Shown here piece after piece: positions 32,821-44,005 of a stretch of 64,000 nt of DNA. Positions within the stretch are counted from its first letter, which is position 1; each line of letters starts with the position of its first letter. The notes under the pieces were generated by a model. That model did no database searches and had not been told where the DNA came from. It saw only the letters and a list, made by a program, of their open reading frames with translations. The stretch lies in the sequence record PZ179880.1; one strand, 5' to 3'. Origin of the DNA: a phage. Made by a program: the position numbers and the translations under genes.

Positions 32821-33013
32821 TACTTATAATTTCAACATCAGCCCAATGACCATAGCAAGGAAGACGAAATTCAACTGGCCAGTTAGGGTCCTTTTCTAAT
32901 ATAATAGACTTAACTTGTGGTTCTTCATGTTCATCGGTATACGGACCTTTATACGTTACTTTATATGTGACCTTAATGTACTGAATTCCAAAAATCTTAT
33001 TAATTATATTCAT
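32807..33013 (-). CDS. Hypothetical protein
   Basis: 68-aa ORF, co-oriented and overlapping its neighbours in the 30.x block. Confidence 0.55.
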   Translation of the reverse strand: MNIINKIFGIQYIKVTYKVTYKGPYTDEHEEPQVKSIILEKDPNWPVEFRLPCYGHWADVEIISIENV

Positions 33014-33207
33014 ACTAATTCCTTTAATCCATAGATAGGAGATAATTCATCACCCATACGAAGGTCTTCATTTCCATCTACCCAGGAAACAATATAAGCT
33101 TCTTTTATTTGAACGTCTCTCCATTTAAATGCAGGCAAAACCTTAGAAATTAATCCAGGTATACCGACTCCCTTTAATTCAACAGTTTGACCTAAAAAGA
33201 ATTTCAT
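33010..33207 (-). CDS. Hypothetical protein
   Basis: 65-aa ORF, co-oriented in the 30.x block. Confidence 0.55.
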   Translation of the reverse strand: MKFFLGQTVELKGVGIPGLISKVLPAFKWRDVQIKEAYIVSWVDGNEDLRMGDELSPIYGLKELV

Positions 33208-33494
33208 TAGAACCTCATCTGAAAACCATGCGATTTAACATTACCACCACCAATGTCAGAAATGTTAATTTCACGCGCAATTGAAGGGTCAATGTCAATT
33301 TCACGGTTGAGTTTAGTGATAGCTAGAGTATCACGCCCATTTACAGTACGGAACTCTAAAGGGCAGACTACATTAACGTAGTTTTTAATCGATTCACTGG
33401 TAGGTTGCAAATGAGCAGGAAGGCCTTTAGGCGCCTTTGAGAAAACCACTTCACAGAAATTTTTGCGGGTATCAAAATAAGTAGTCATAAACAT
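33207..33494 (-). CDS. Hypothetical protein
   Basis: ORF track opens at a TTG (33545); ATG at 33494 is preceded by GAGGAAAA and lies downstream of a hairpin, giving ~95 aa. Confidence 0.6.
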   Translation of the reverse strand: MFMTTYFDTRKNFCEVVFSKAPKGLPAHLQPTSESIKNYVNVVCPLEFRTVNGRDTLAITKLNREIDIDPSIAREINISDIGGGNVKSHGFQMRF

Positions 33495-33510
33495 AGTATT
33501 TTCCTCAGTA

Positions 33511-33526
33511 AGGGGCCGAAGCCCCT
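33511..33526 (-). terminator. Intercistronic hairpin in the 30.x block
   Basis: AGGGGC-CGAA-GCCCCT between two small ORFs. Confidence 0.5.
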
Positions 33527-33534
33527 GTTTTATT

Positions 33535-33900
33535 TTAAATATCAAATTCGTTAAGAACTACATCAAAGATTGCTTCAAGATGCTCAGGTTTAGCTCTGTT
33601 ACTCAAAATATGACGAATCCAAGTTTTAACTAGAAGCTTACGATTGACGCCATTCCAGCAAGGATGAGTCCCTAAATCACGTTGACGAAAATCATCATCC
33701 AGAGCGATTTTGAAAGAAGAACCTTCTTTCGTGATTGAAACCGTGATGCCATTTTCAAATCGCATATAAACGTAGTTAGGAGTCATATACTGTTCAATTT
33801 CGCATACTGATCCATTTTGATGTTTCCAAAGGCAAATAGTATCAATAGAACCTGCAATACCGTTAGAAACATATTTACGTTCAAAGTTGATGTAGTTCAT
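33535..33900 (-). CDS. Hypothetical protein
   Basis: 121-aa ORF, co-oriented in the 30.x block. Confidence 0.6.
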   Translation of the reverse strand: MNYINFERKYVSNGIAGSIDTICLWKHQNGSVCEIEQYMTPNYVYMRFENGITVSITKEGSSFKIALDDDFRQRDLGTHPCWNGVNRKLLVKTWIRHILSNRAKPEHLEAIFDVVLNEFDI

Positions 33901-33968
33901 TTTTATTCTCCAAGATGTTTAATTGCGGTACAGGTATATAATATCATATCCTGTACCAAAGTAAACAA

Positions 33969-34301
33969 TTATTTTACTACTTTCCAGTGCTGCATGTCAA
34001 GTTTGCCAACTTTTTTCATCTTCTCAATTAAGCGTTCTGCACGTTGGCGAGCTGTAACATAATACCATTCACCTAATTCATTTTGTTCAATTTTTCCAAC
34101 GATTACTGTATTCAATTCATAAATCCAACCAGTAAAGAAATTATGAACTTGGATTGTAAAGGTGAAATCTGTTCCCATACCTTCTGTTGTTTCTACTTCA
34201 ATAATATCACCTTCAACTGCCATTAAGAACCACATAGTTTCATCATATTTACCATTGAAGCATTTAGTTTTAACTGTAGCGTTCAGATTAATCGTTTTCA
34301 T
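33969..34301 (-). CDS. Hypothetical protein
   Basis: 110-aa ORF with AAGGAG RBS and an early-promoter-like element upstream. Confidence 0.65.
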   Translation of the reverse strand: MKTINLNATVKTKCFNGKYDETMWFLMAVEGDIIEVETTEGMGTDFTFTIQVHNFFTGWIYELNTVIVGKIEQNELGEWYYVTARQRAERLIEKMKKVGKLDMQHWKVVK

Positions 34302-34328
34302 TTTATTCTCCTTTGTTTGTGTAAGATA

Positions 34329-34358
34329 ATACTATCACAAAGGAACTATACTGTAAAC
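34329..34358 (-). promoter_or_regulatory. Putative early (sigma70-like) promoter for the 33969..34301 gene
   Basis: Minus-strand GTTTAC, ~18-nt spacer, TAGTAT, ~27 nt upstream of the ATG; weak by-eye match. Confidence 0.3.
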
Positions 34359-34387
34359 AACTTTGTGCAATCTTTGGAAAATAAAAA

Positions 34388-34407
34388 AGGACTCCCGAAG
34401 GAGTCCT
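34388..34407 (-). terminator. Rho-independent terminator after the 30.9-like gene
   Basis: AGGACTCC-CGAA-GGAGTCCT followed on the minus strand by TTTTTTATTTT. Confidence 0.8.
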
Positions 34408-34411
34408 CAAC

Positions 34412-34588
34412 TTATGCTTTCTGCTTACCAAAACGAGAAGCATCATCTCGAAGAACCGCACGTGCTCGGCGCATGATCTTCTCAACAGTTTGATTGATAC
34501 GAGAGTTCGACCCACGCTTGTAACCAGCGCGTTTAGAATCACCAACTTTCTTTTCAACTGCTTTCTTTGCTTTAGCTTGTTTTGCCAT
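34412..34588 (-). CDS. Small basic protein (T4 30.9 position)
   Basis: ORF track gives 72 aa; ATG at 34588 (MAKQAKAKKAVEKK...) gives 58 aa, Lys/Arg-rich; terminator hairpin immediately downstream. Confidence 0.6.
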   Translation of the reverse strand: MAKQAKAKKAVEKKVGDSKRAGYKRGSNSRINQTVEKIMRRARAVLRDDASRFGKQKA

Positions 34589-34746
34589 TATAAATTCTCT
34601 TTTAAATGAAAATGCAGGACTTATTGGCATTGCCTGCGAAAGCCCTCAAGGGGGTACTTAGGTTTTGAATATTTACCGACAGGATAACCATAAACCTCGT
34701 CAACATTCAAGAGGTACACCGTAAAACTGCCGGGGTCTTAAAACTA

Positions 34747-34766
34747 TAATGATTCGCAAATCATTA
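34747..34766. repeat. Perfect 20-nt hairpin palindrome in the rIII / 30.9 intergenic region
   Basis: taatgatt-cgca-aatcatta: 8-bp perfect inverted repeat with a 4-nt loop in an otherwise non-coding ~240-bp stretch. Confidence 0.6.
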
Positions 34767-34827
34767 ATCAGACAGTTCGACGGCTCCTCGATTTTAGCTC
34801 ACACTAAGGCAGTGAATCTCCAATAAA

Positions 34828-35076
34828 TTACTTCAGTGTTACCACAAAGTGACGAACTGCTTTTCGTGCAGCAGAAGCCAGAGGCTTAGCATACTTAAGT
34901 TCATCTTTTTCCTGGAGCTCAGCAGCTAATGCAGTTTGAGCAGGATTCAGATGTTTGAAATAACGCAGGATTTCAAGAGCTTCGGCTTCAACATCAATAG
35001 ATGCGCCATAGTTTTCGTGACCATTATTCCATGCGTTTCGTTGCAGTTCAAGAGCGTGTTGTAATTGTTTAATCAT
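34828..35076 (-). CDS. rIII: Lysis-inhibition accessory protein RIII
   Basis: 82-aa ORF immediately downstream of gene 31, the T4 rIII position and length. Confidence 0.75.
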   Translation of the reverse strand: MIKQLQHALELQRNAWNNGHENYGASIDVEAEALEILRYFKHLNPAQTALAAELQEKDELKYAKPLASAARKAVRHFVVTLK

Positions 35077-35223
35077 TTAAAAATTCTCGTTAGAGATTAA
35101 AACTCGGTAGTCACGTTCTTCTGAATTTCATCTTCTTTCGACAGATCTCTCAGTTGTAGACTACCACATAGAATTGTTCGGTTAACTTATTATTCCGACA
35201 CCCAATTCATATTATTATTTATA

Positions 35224-35559
35224 TCACTTATAAAGACATGGAATAGCTTTATAGTGACAGGTAACGAATTTTTGTTTAATTTCTTTTGGCTGCTTAAGAC
35301 CCAGAGCTACAAAAGGATGCGGAACGTTTCGAATTTGACCAACTGGAAGAGAAGTCAAATCACCAACTTCGCAGAAACCTTCAGGAACATCAGGACCAAC
35401 AGAGTGAATTACACACAGTTCAGGAACTTCACCTTGAACACGTTTACCGATAATAAGTCCTGATTCTGTAACTTCTTCATCACCGGCTTGTGCAGGTTCA
35501 GAAACTAAAATAACATATTCACCGACAGCACGAATTGGTAGCTGTTGTACTTCAGACAT
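35224..35559 (-). CDS. 31: Co-chaperonin gp31 (GroES-like)
   Basis: 111-aa ORF; sequence matches recalled T4 gp31. Confidence 0.93.
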   Translation of the reverse strand: MSEVQQLPIRAVGEYVILVSEPAQAGDEEVTESGLIIGKRVQGEVPELCVIHSVGPDVPEGFCEVGDLTSLPVGQIRNVPHPFVALGLKQPKEIKQKFVTCHYKAIPCLYK

Positions 35560-35615
35560 CGTTTTTCCTTTTTGTTAACAGATGAATTAATAATAACAAA
35601 TAATTCTTAAAGCAT

Positions 35616-35924
35616 TTATTTACCAATAAATTGAAGCAAATGCTCAACTTTCATACCATTAACGGAAATCAATTTGTCAATAGAAAAACCTCGCCATGCA
35701 CCAAGCTCAACATCAAATACTGGAATCATATCAGTAGATTCTTTCCGAGTAGATTCAGTCAATTTACCAGTTTGCATGGTTGGCATAAAGTCAGCATCAC
35801 GAGTACCTTTCATAGTACGAATAGTACCATCAGACTTTTCAAAAACCACGTTTGAAATACCCATGGACAATTTAGTTTTCAAAATTTCACGAATTGCTAC
35901 TTTTTGTTCAGTCGTCAGTTTCAT
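35616..35924 (-). CDS. 31.1: Hypothetical protein (T4 31.1 position)
   Basis: 102-aa ORF upstream of gene 31, co-oriented. Confidence 0.7.
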   Translation of the reverse strand: MKLTTEQKVAIREILKTKLSMGISNVVFEKSDGTIRTMKGTRDADFMPTMQTGKLTESTRKESTDMIPVFDVELGAWRGFSIDKLISVNGMKVEHLLQFIGK

Positions 35925-36161
35925 TTATTTACCTATCACAGTTTTAATATGAGTTGTTCCACGTTCTTTAAGAGTGGAAAGCAATTTTTGGCATTTTTCT
36001 AAATCAGATTTCCAACTATGCGGTCTATCAATACAAACCCAGTTTGACTTATAATACTGCCTCCATTTAGAGAAAAAATACTTCTTATACTCTACAACAA
36101 ATGAAATGTTCTCGTTGGAATAAGAACTAATTGCTGTAAGTTGTACCAAACGAAATTTCAT
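35925..36161 (-). CDS. 31.2: Hypothetical protein (T4 31.2 position)
   Basis: 78-aa ORF between cd and 31.1. Confidence 0.65.
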   Translation of the reverse strand: MKFRLVQLTAISSYSNENISFVVEYKKYFFSKWRQYYKSNWVCIDRPHSWKSDLEKCQKLLSTLKERGTTHIKTVIGK

Positions 36162-36742
36162 TATTCACCACAGAATTCGTTGATATTTTCCCAGTTTAAC
36201 TTATTCAAGTTTTTCTTAGGAACATTAAACACTTCAATACCCGCATTTCGCAGAATATCATCCCAGCCAGGTTTATTTTTATCGTATGTTTCGCAATAAA
36301 CCAGCTTTTTAATTCCAGATTGAGCTATCGCTTTTGCACAATCTGGGCAAGGAGAAAGTGTTACATACATAGTAGCACCTTCAATTGAAGAACCATTTCG
36401 TGCAGCAAACAAAATCGCATTTAGTTCAGCATGAATTTCATTTTTAGACGACCATTCAGAGTGAGCGCTACGGTGTTCTTTCGCCAAGACAAAACGATCA
36501 GTTGAACCAAATGATACACATTCGGGCTTATGACCTTGAATGATAGTATGTTTAGGCTTATTCAGCAACCAACCTTGCTCGGCAGCATAATCACAGCAGT
36601 TCACACCACCTGCAGGTGAACCATTATATCCAGTAGAAATAATACGTCCATTCTTTTCAATTACTGCTCCTACTTTCCAGGAGCAACATTTTGATTCTTG
36701 TGATACTAAATATGCAATTTGAAGTACTGTACTCGCTTTCAT
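36161..36742 (-). CDS. cd: dCMP deaminase
   Basis: 193-aa ORF; zinc-binding deaminase motifs HAELNA and SPCPDC; T4 Cd length. Confidence 0.95.
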   Translation of the reverse strand: MKASTVLQIAYLVSQESKCCSWKVGAVIEKNGRIISTGYNGSPAGGVNCCDYAAEQGWLLNKPKHTIIQGHKPECVSFGSTDRFVLAKEHRSAHSEWSSKNEIHAELNAILFAARNGSSIEGATMYVTLSPCPDCAKAIAQSGIKKLVYCETYDKNKPGWDDILRNAGIEVFNVPKKNLNKLNWENINEFCGE

Positions 36743-37077
36743 TTCATAATCACCAGATAAGCAGATTTAGCAGTTTCAACACGATAAATTTCGTGACGAA
36801 GTTTAGTTATACTTTTAATAACAGAACTAATTATATTCTGCCCATCTTTAAAGCGGTTTTTCTTATCAATAAAAATTGCGCCAACCATCTTTTTGTGAAG
36901 CTCAACCGGATACTTCGTCACAATAATAGCATCATACACAGAAGGATGAATACTATTCACCAGAGTATCATTCATTAAAGTTATTCTAATGAACTGTGCT
37001 GTTTCAGAATCAAGCGCTCTATGATCGCCAGTATCATTTTCAAGACAATTATCAAATATATCAGTTAAATTCATCAT
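36739..37077 (-). CDS. Hypothetical protein (cd.1 position)
   Basis: 112-aa ORF overlapping the cd start by 4 nt. Confidence 0.65.
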   Translation of the reverse strand: MMNLTDIFDNCLENDTGDHRALDSETAQFIRITLMNDTLVNSIHPSVYDAIIVTKYPVELHKKMVGAIFIDKKNRFKDGQNIISSVIKSITKLRHEIYRVETAKSAYLVIMK

Positions 37078-37313
37078 AGTACGCCATACACCCTTTGTGC
37101 TTCAACTAATCCATCAAAATCCAATTTGAGATGTGTTATTTGGTCACCATCACCTGGATTCACAATTACTAATGCAGAATCGATTGGAGTTTCGGTAATA
37201 ACACGAACCGACGTTTCAGGAAATCGTTCAGAAACCTTATTTACCAATTCTTGAGCAAATAGTTTAACTTTTTCTTGGAATTCTTTAACAGTAATTGGTT
37301 TTTCGCTTAGCAT
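37074..37313 (-). CDS. Hypothetical protein (cd.2 position)
   Basis: 79-aa ORF, overlapping start/stop with neighbours. Confidence 0.65.
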   Translation of the reverse strand: MLSEKPITVKEFQEKVKLFAQELVNKVSERFPETSVRVITETPIDSALVIVNPGDGDQITHLKLDFDGLVEAQRVYGVL

Positions 37314-37834
37314 GTTGATCCTAGCTCCTTACTTTCAACATTTTTAACTAATTTGACAGAAACTAATTCAGCATCTTGGGTAATCATTACCGGACCTTCT
37401 TCATACTCTTCAAGATATTCTAGAGCTTTCTTTTTAGCTTCTTCCTTCGTATCAGTTTGAGCATAGATATAAAACATACAACCAGTAATACCTACTACTT
37501 TCCACTTAATTTCTTTATCAGTTTTAATTTCAAATTTACTTACAGAATCATCTTTTTGAACTTCTTCGAAAAAAGAATATTCTAACATATAAGCAATTGA
37601 AAATAACGGGCTAACTTTATAGGATTCACCCATTACATCAACAGCTTTATACCAACAATCATCAATTTCACGTTTAATGCTAATAACATTTTTCGCAGGA
37701 TCTATTTTTACTTTAAATGAATTTTCCCCAATAAACTGGGCAATTCGTTTATTAGCCCCGCAAGTTTCATTAAAAATATCTTTATACCCAGTTTTAAAGC
37801 GATAAACCTTATCTTCTTCAAACCATTCGCTCAT
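37307..37834 (-). CDS. Hypothetical protein (cd.3 position)
   Basis: 175-aa ORF. Confidence 0.65.
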   Translation of the reverse strand: MSEWFEEDKVYRFKTGYKDIFNETCGANKRIAQFIGENSFKVKIDPAKNVISIKREIDDCWYKAVDVMGESYKVSPLFSIAYMLEYSFFEEVQKDDSVSKFEIKTDKEIKWKVVGITGCMFYIYAQTDTKEEAKKKALEYLEEYEEGPVMITQDAELVSVKLVKNVESKELGSTC

Positions 37835-37895
37835 TTCAATTTCCTCGTTTGTTTTGGTAGAGCTATAATATCACAACTCTACCGTAAAGTAAACT

Positions 37896-38201
37896 TTAAA
37901 TTGCTTTGAATTCTGATGTCTGTGATTCAAAGCGAATATCGCCTTTGATGACTAGCTCAGCATCAAGACCGAATACGACAATGATATGCGCGGAACCTGG
38001 ATACAACGTGATGGCAACAGAATCCACCTGGTCTGGAAGCAAAGTGTTCAATACATGAGTCACTTGAGCATGGATTCGAAGCTCAGCTGCGTTATCAAGT
38101 TTTTCAAACATATTATTAGCGATAATTTGGCTAAACACTACTTCTACGATTTTAGAGTAAGTCGGAAACATATTTACCTCACATAATTTTCTTCGAGCCA
38201 A
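37896..38201 (-). CDS. Hypothetical protein (cd.4 position)
   Basis: 101-aa ORF. Confidence 0.6.
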   Translation of the reverse strand: MARRKLCEVNMFPTYSKIVEVVFSQIIANNMFEKLDNAAELRIHAQVTHVLNTLLPDQVDSVAITLYPGSAHIIVVFGLDAELVIKGDIRFESQTSEFKAI

Positions 38202-38374
38202 TCAATAACATCCAAAGCGTTATCAAAAGTTGCGCCATCTACTTTGTCTTCTGTTTCATAATCAAGAACATCTAGGCCTACTCTTCCGTCAACAATAGGC
38301 CATAGACAAAATAGATATTTCTTTTCTTTTTCAATTTTATCACAAAGACGATAAATCTTTTCTAGGTTATTCAT
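38174..38374 (-). CDS. Hypothetical protein (cd.5 position)
   Basis: 66-aa ORF. Confidence 0.55.
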   Translation of the reverse strand: MNNLEKIYRLCDKIEKEKKYLFCLWPIVDGRVGLDVLDYETEDKVDGATFDNALDVIDWLEENYVR

Positions 38375-38563
38375 ACGTTTTCCATGGTAAAGGCAGTTTA
38401 GTTTTCTTTACTACTAGTTCAACATCAGGATTCTTTTCTCTTAATTTAAGGCATTCCTCCCATGCTCTATTTTCACTAGTAAATACACAAAATTGCCCAT
38501 TACTAGTACCAACTAAACCGCTATTTACAATAACAATAGCCCAAGTTTCATGATGTAAAGCCA

Positions 38564-38564
<1 letters not shown>
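38367..38564 (-). CDS. Hypothetical protein
   Basis: 65-aa ORF directly downstream of pseT. Confidence 0.55.
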
Positions 38565-39785
<1,221 letters not shown>

Positions 39786-39789
<4 letters not shown>

Positions 39790-40016
39790 TTATTTTTCTC
39801 AACCAATGATTGAATATAATCATGCAGATCTTTAGATGCTTTACCCCACTTATTTTGGTATTCATTTTTAAGATTAGCACGCGATTGAGCTAATAAAACA
39901 TCATTAGTTGGAGGTAAAGATTCTAATCGTTGAATCTGGCGTCCATAAATCATTGCAGCCATCTCGGATTCATAAATCAATCCTTTGAGATGTTCAAATT
40001 GATGCCATGAAATCAT
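39786..40016 (-). CDS. Hypothetical protein
   Basis: 76-aa ORF. Confidence 0.6.
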
Positions 40017-40312
40017 TTACATTTATCCTCTTTTAGCTCTTGACGATAATAACATATCATAGTTTTTTGGTCATGTACATATCGTTTTACATCATTAAGC
40101 CAAATACGAAATTCCTGGGAATCTTCAAATGGCATACCGACCCAAGCTTTACCATCAATAACTTTAACTTGCCAAGATAGTTTAGCTTCATCATATGACT
40201 TTATTTGTACAGGCCAATTAGGATGAACTGTTTCTTTCTTTACTTCTAAAGGCTTTGTCGAACAACCAACTAGAAGACCAATAGATAATATTACTGCCGA
40301 TAGTTTAATCAT
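40013..40312 (-). CDS. pseT.2: Outer-membrane spanin (o-spanin lipoprotein), pseT.2-like
   Basis: 99-aa ORF; signal peptide with lipobox LLVGC; C-terminal Cys residues; directly downstream of the i-spanin. Confidence 0.8.
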   Translation of the reverse strand: MIKLSAVILSIGLLVGCSTKPLEVKKETVHPNWPVQIKSYDEAKLSWQVKVIDGKAWVGMPFEDSQEFRIWLNDVKRYVHDQKTMICYYRQELKEDKCK

Positions 40313-40662
40313 TTAGAAAGGTCCTGGATGTCTTCTGCGAACTTGTTGAAGGAGTTGTTGATTTGTTTTTCAACCAATCCTGGCTTATGAGCCACCACAT
40401 CCGCCTTCTTTGCATCTTTGCGCAGTTTTTCATTTTCACGCTCAATAGCAGCAATTGCCTCACGATTTTTATTATTCATCGCATCAATATAATTATACTG
40501 AATTCGCAAATTATCTAATGCTAAAGCGTTTTCATTGGCTGTTTTTGTAATTTCAGTAACTGATGTTTCTAATCTTTCTACCTTATTTTTTAAAATAATA
40601 GATGTTCCGCCAAATGCTATTACAAGTAATAGCAATCCAGCTGTAAAATTACTTACATGCAT
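40309..40662 (-). CDS. pseT.3: Inner-membrane spanin (i-spanin), pseT.3-like
   Basis: 117-aa ORF; N-terminal transmembrane helix followed by a coiled-coil-rich periplasmic region; 4-nt overlap with the o-spanin gene. Confidence 0.8.
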   Translation of the reverse strand: MHVSNFTAGLLLLVIAFGGTSIILKNKVERLETSVTEITKTANENALALDNLRIQYNYIDAMNNKNREAIAAIERENEKLRKDAKKADVVAHKPGLVEKQINNSFNKFAEDIQDLSK

Positions 40663-41156
40663 AAAGTTTTAATAACCTCTACAATATCGTCTTGAGAAAG
40701 ACCGTTAATTAAAATATGATGTTCAGCTGGAGATTTAGAAATTTTAAAGCATGCCTCAACATCTTCTGCCATATCCGATGCGCTACGATTTGGATTACTA
40801 ATTCCAAGACGATGTTTTCCCGTCAAAGGATTAACGATGATGTAGCATTTACAGCTATTAATGTGAACATTAGGTTGAGTCTGATTAATGAACACATCAC
40901 AATCGTATTTCGCAAGCTGATTTTCTAAAAAGACTTTCATCTCCTCAACCGCATCAGGAAGCATATCACGGGCTTGCTCAAGACGACGATTTCGATATTC
41001 TTTAATGGTCGTTTTCCGTTTGACTTGCTTAGCTAAATCTTTCTTAAGATCGGTGATATATCCAACTCGACGATTTCCTTTAAATACAGAAATCCCATCT
41101 GTAGTATCACCATATGCTTCAACGACCATCTCAGTAGTAATAAGCTGTAAATCCAT
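40653..41156 (-). CDS. alc: Alc, inhibitor of host transcription
   Basis: 167 aa from the second Met (MDLQLITTEM...), matching recalled T4 Alc length and position next to rnlA. Confidence 0.85.
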   Translation of the reverse strand: MDLQLITTEMVVEAYGDTTDGISVFKGNRRVGYITDLKKDLAKQVKRKTTIKEYRNRRLEQARDMLPDAVEEMKVFLENQLAKYDCDVFINQTQPNVHINSCKCYIIVNPLTGKHRLGISNPNRSASDMAEDVEACFKISKSPAEHHILINGLSQDDIVEVIKTLCM

Positions 41157-41220
41157 CATAAAGTCCTCATGTTATGTCAGTAAGTCTACTATAACACAAC
41201 ACGAGGGACTTGTAAACAGC

Positions 41221-42808
<1,588 letters not shown>

Positions 42809-42835
42809 AATAAAATGGGCCTTGCGGCCCACTCC

Positions 42836-44005
42836 TTAAAAATATTTTTTAAAACTCATCATAACTTTATCATCAACATCATTATCAATCTGTGCTACAA
42901 GGTAAGATGACAGTTCTACTTCTTGTGGTGCGGATTGAACATTATCAGAATTAAGGTATTCACGAATCCAAGGATATGGATGTTTAACCGGAGCATCGGT
43001 AATTGGGCATGGAAGACCACACTGTTTCATACGAGATACAGTTAAGTAATCAATAAAGCTCCACATGCTATTTGTATTTAATCCAGGAACATCACCATCT
43101 TTAAATAAATGAACCGCCCAGTCTTTTTCTTGGCGGTTAACTTCCATGAAAATATCAACTGCTTCTTGTTCACACTCTTGAGCAATTTTAACCCATTCAT
43201 CACCATCAGTGCCAAGTTGAAGTTGACGAATAATATATTGGGTGCCTTTAAGGTGAAGTTGCTCATCACGAGCAATGAACTTCATAATCTTGGCATTACC
43301 TTCCATGATTTCCATGTTCTTATGGAAGTTAAAGGTACATGCGAAAGATACATAAAAACGAATAGCTTCCAATGCGTTGATTACGTGCAGGCAGAGGTAA
43401 AGAGATTTCATTAGTGCTCGTTTAGTACATTCAACAACTTTGCCTAACTCTTCTTTACGAAATCCTTCTGATAAAATTCCTTCATAATCTTCAACCGCAT
43501 TCTGATATTCACGAGTCTTAACTAGAACGTCATCATAATAACGACCAATAGATTCAGCACGTTTCATGATAGCTTCATCTAGTACAATCTCATCAAATAC
43601 CTTCGATGGATCAGTATAAAGATTTCGCATGATATGGGTATATGAACGGCTATGAATAGTTTCACTAAAAGTCCATGTAGCAACCCATGTATCAAGACTT
43701 GGGTCTGAAATTAATGACATAAGTACTGCAGACGGTGCACGACCCTGAATGCTATCTAGAAGTGATTGATACTTCAGGTTGTTAGTAAAAATATCTTGCT
43801 GATACTGAGGAAGCTTGTTAAATTGTGCAGCATCCATCATTAAGTTTACTTCTTCAGGACGCCAGAAAAATGACAACTGCTTTTCGGTTAAATCTTCAAA
43901 AACTTTATGACGTTGAATATCATAACGCGCAATACCAAGACCTGAACCGAAGAACATAGGTTCTTTTAAAACATCAACTGGGTTTGTATTAAAAACTGTA
44001 GACAT
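42836..44005 (-). CDS. nrdB: Ribonucleotide reductase small subunit NrdB (no intron)
   Basis: Continuous ORF; 389 aa from Met MSTVFNTNPV; matches recalled T4 NrdB without interruption. Confidence 0.93.
   Translation of the reverse strand: MSTVFNTNPVDVLKEPMFFGSGLGIARYDIQRHKVFEDLTEKQLSFFWRPEEVNLMMDAAQFNKLPQYQQDIFTNNLKYQSLLDSIQGRAPSAVLMSLISDPSLDTWVATWTFSETIHSRSYTHIMRNLYTDPSKVFDEIVLDEAIMKRAESIGRYYDDVLVKTREYQNAVEDYEGILSEGFRKEELGKVVECTKRALMKSLYLCLHVINALEAIRFYVSFACTFNFHKNMEIMEGNAKIMKFIARDEQLHLKGTQYIIRQLQLGTDGDEWVKIAQECEQEAVDIFMEVNRQEKDWAVHLFKDGDVPGLNTNSMWSFIDYLTVSRMKQCGLPCPITDAPVKHPYPWIREYLNSDNVQSAPQEVELSSYLVAQIDNDVDDKVMMSFKKYF

Noticed and set aside
34303-34557. 84-aa minus-strand ORF overlapping the 30.9-like gene and its terminator
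   Set aside because: Spans a strong rho-independent terminator hairpin and overlaps a better-supported ORF in another frame.
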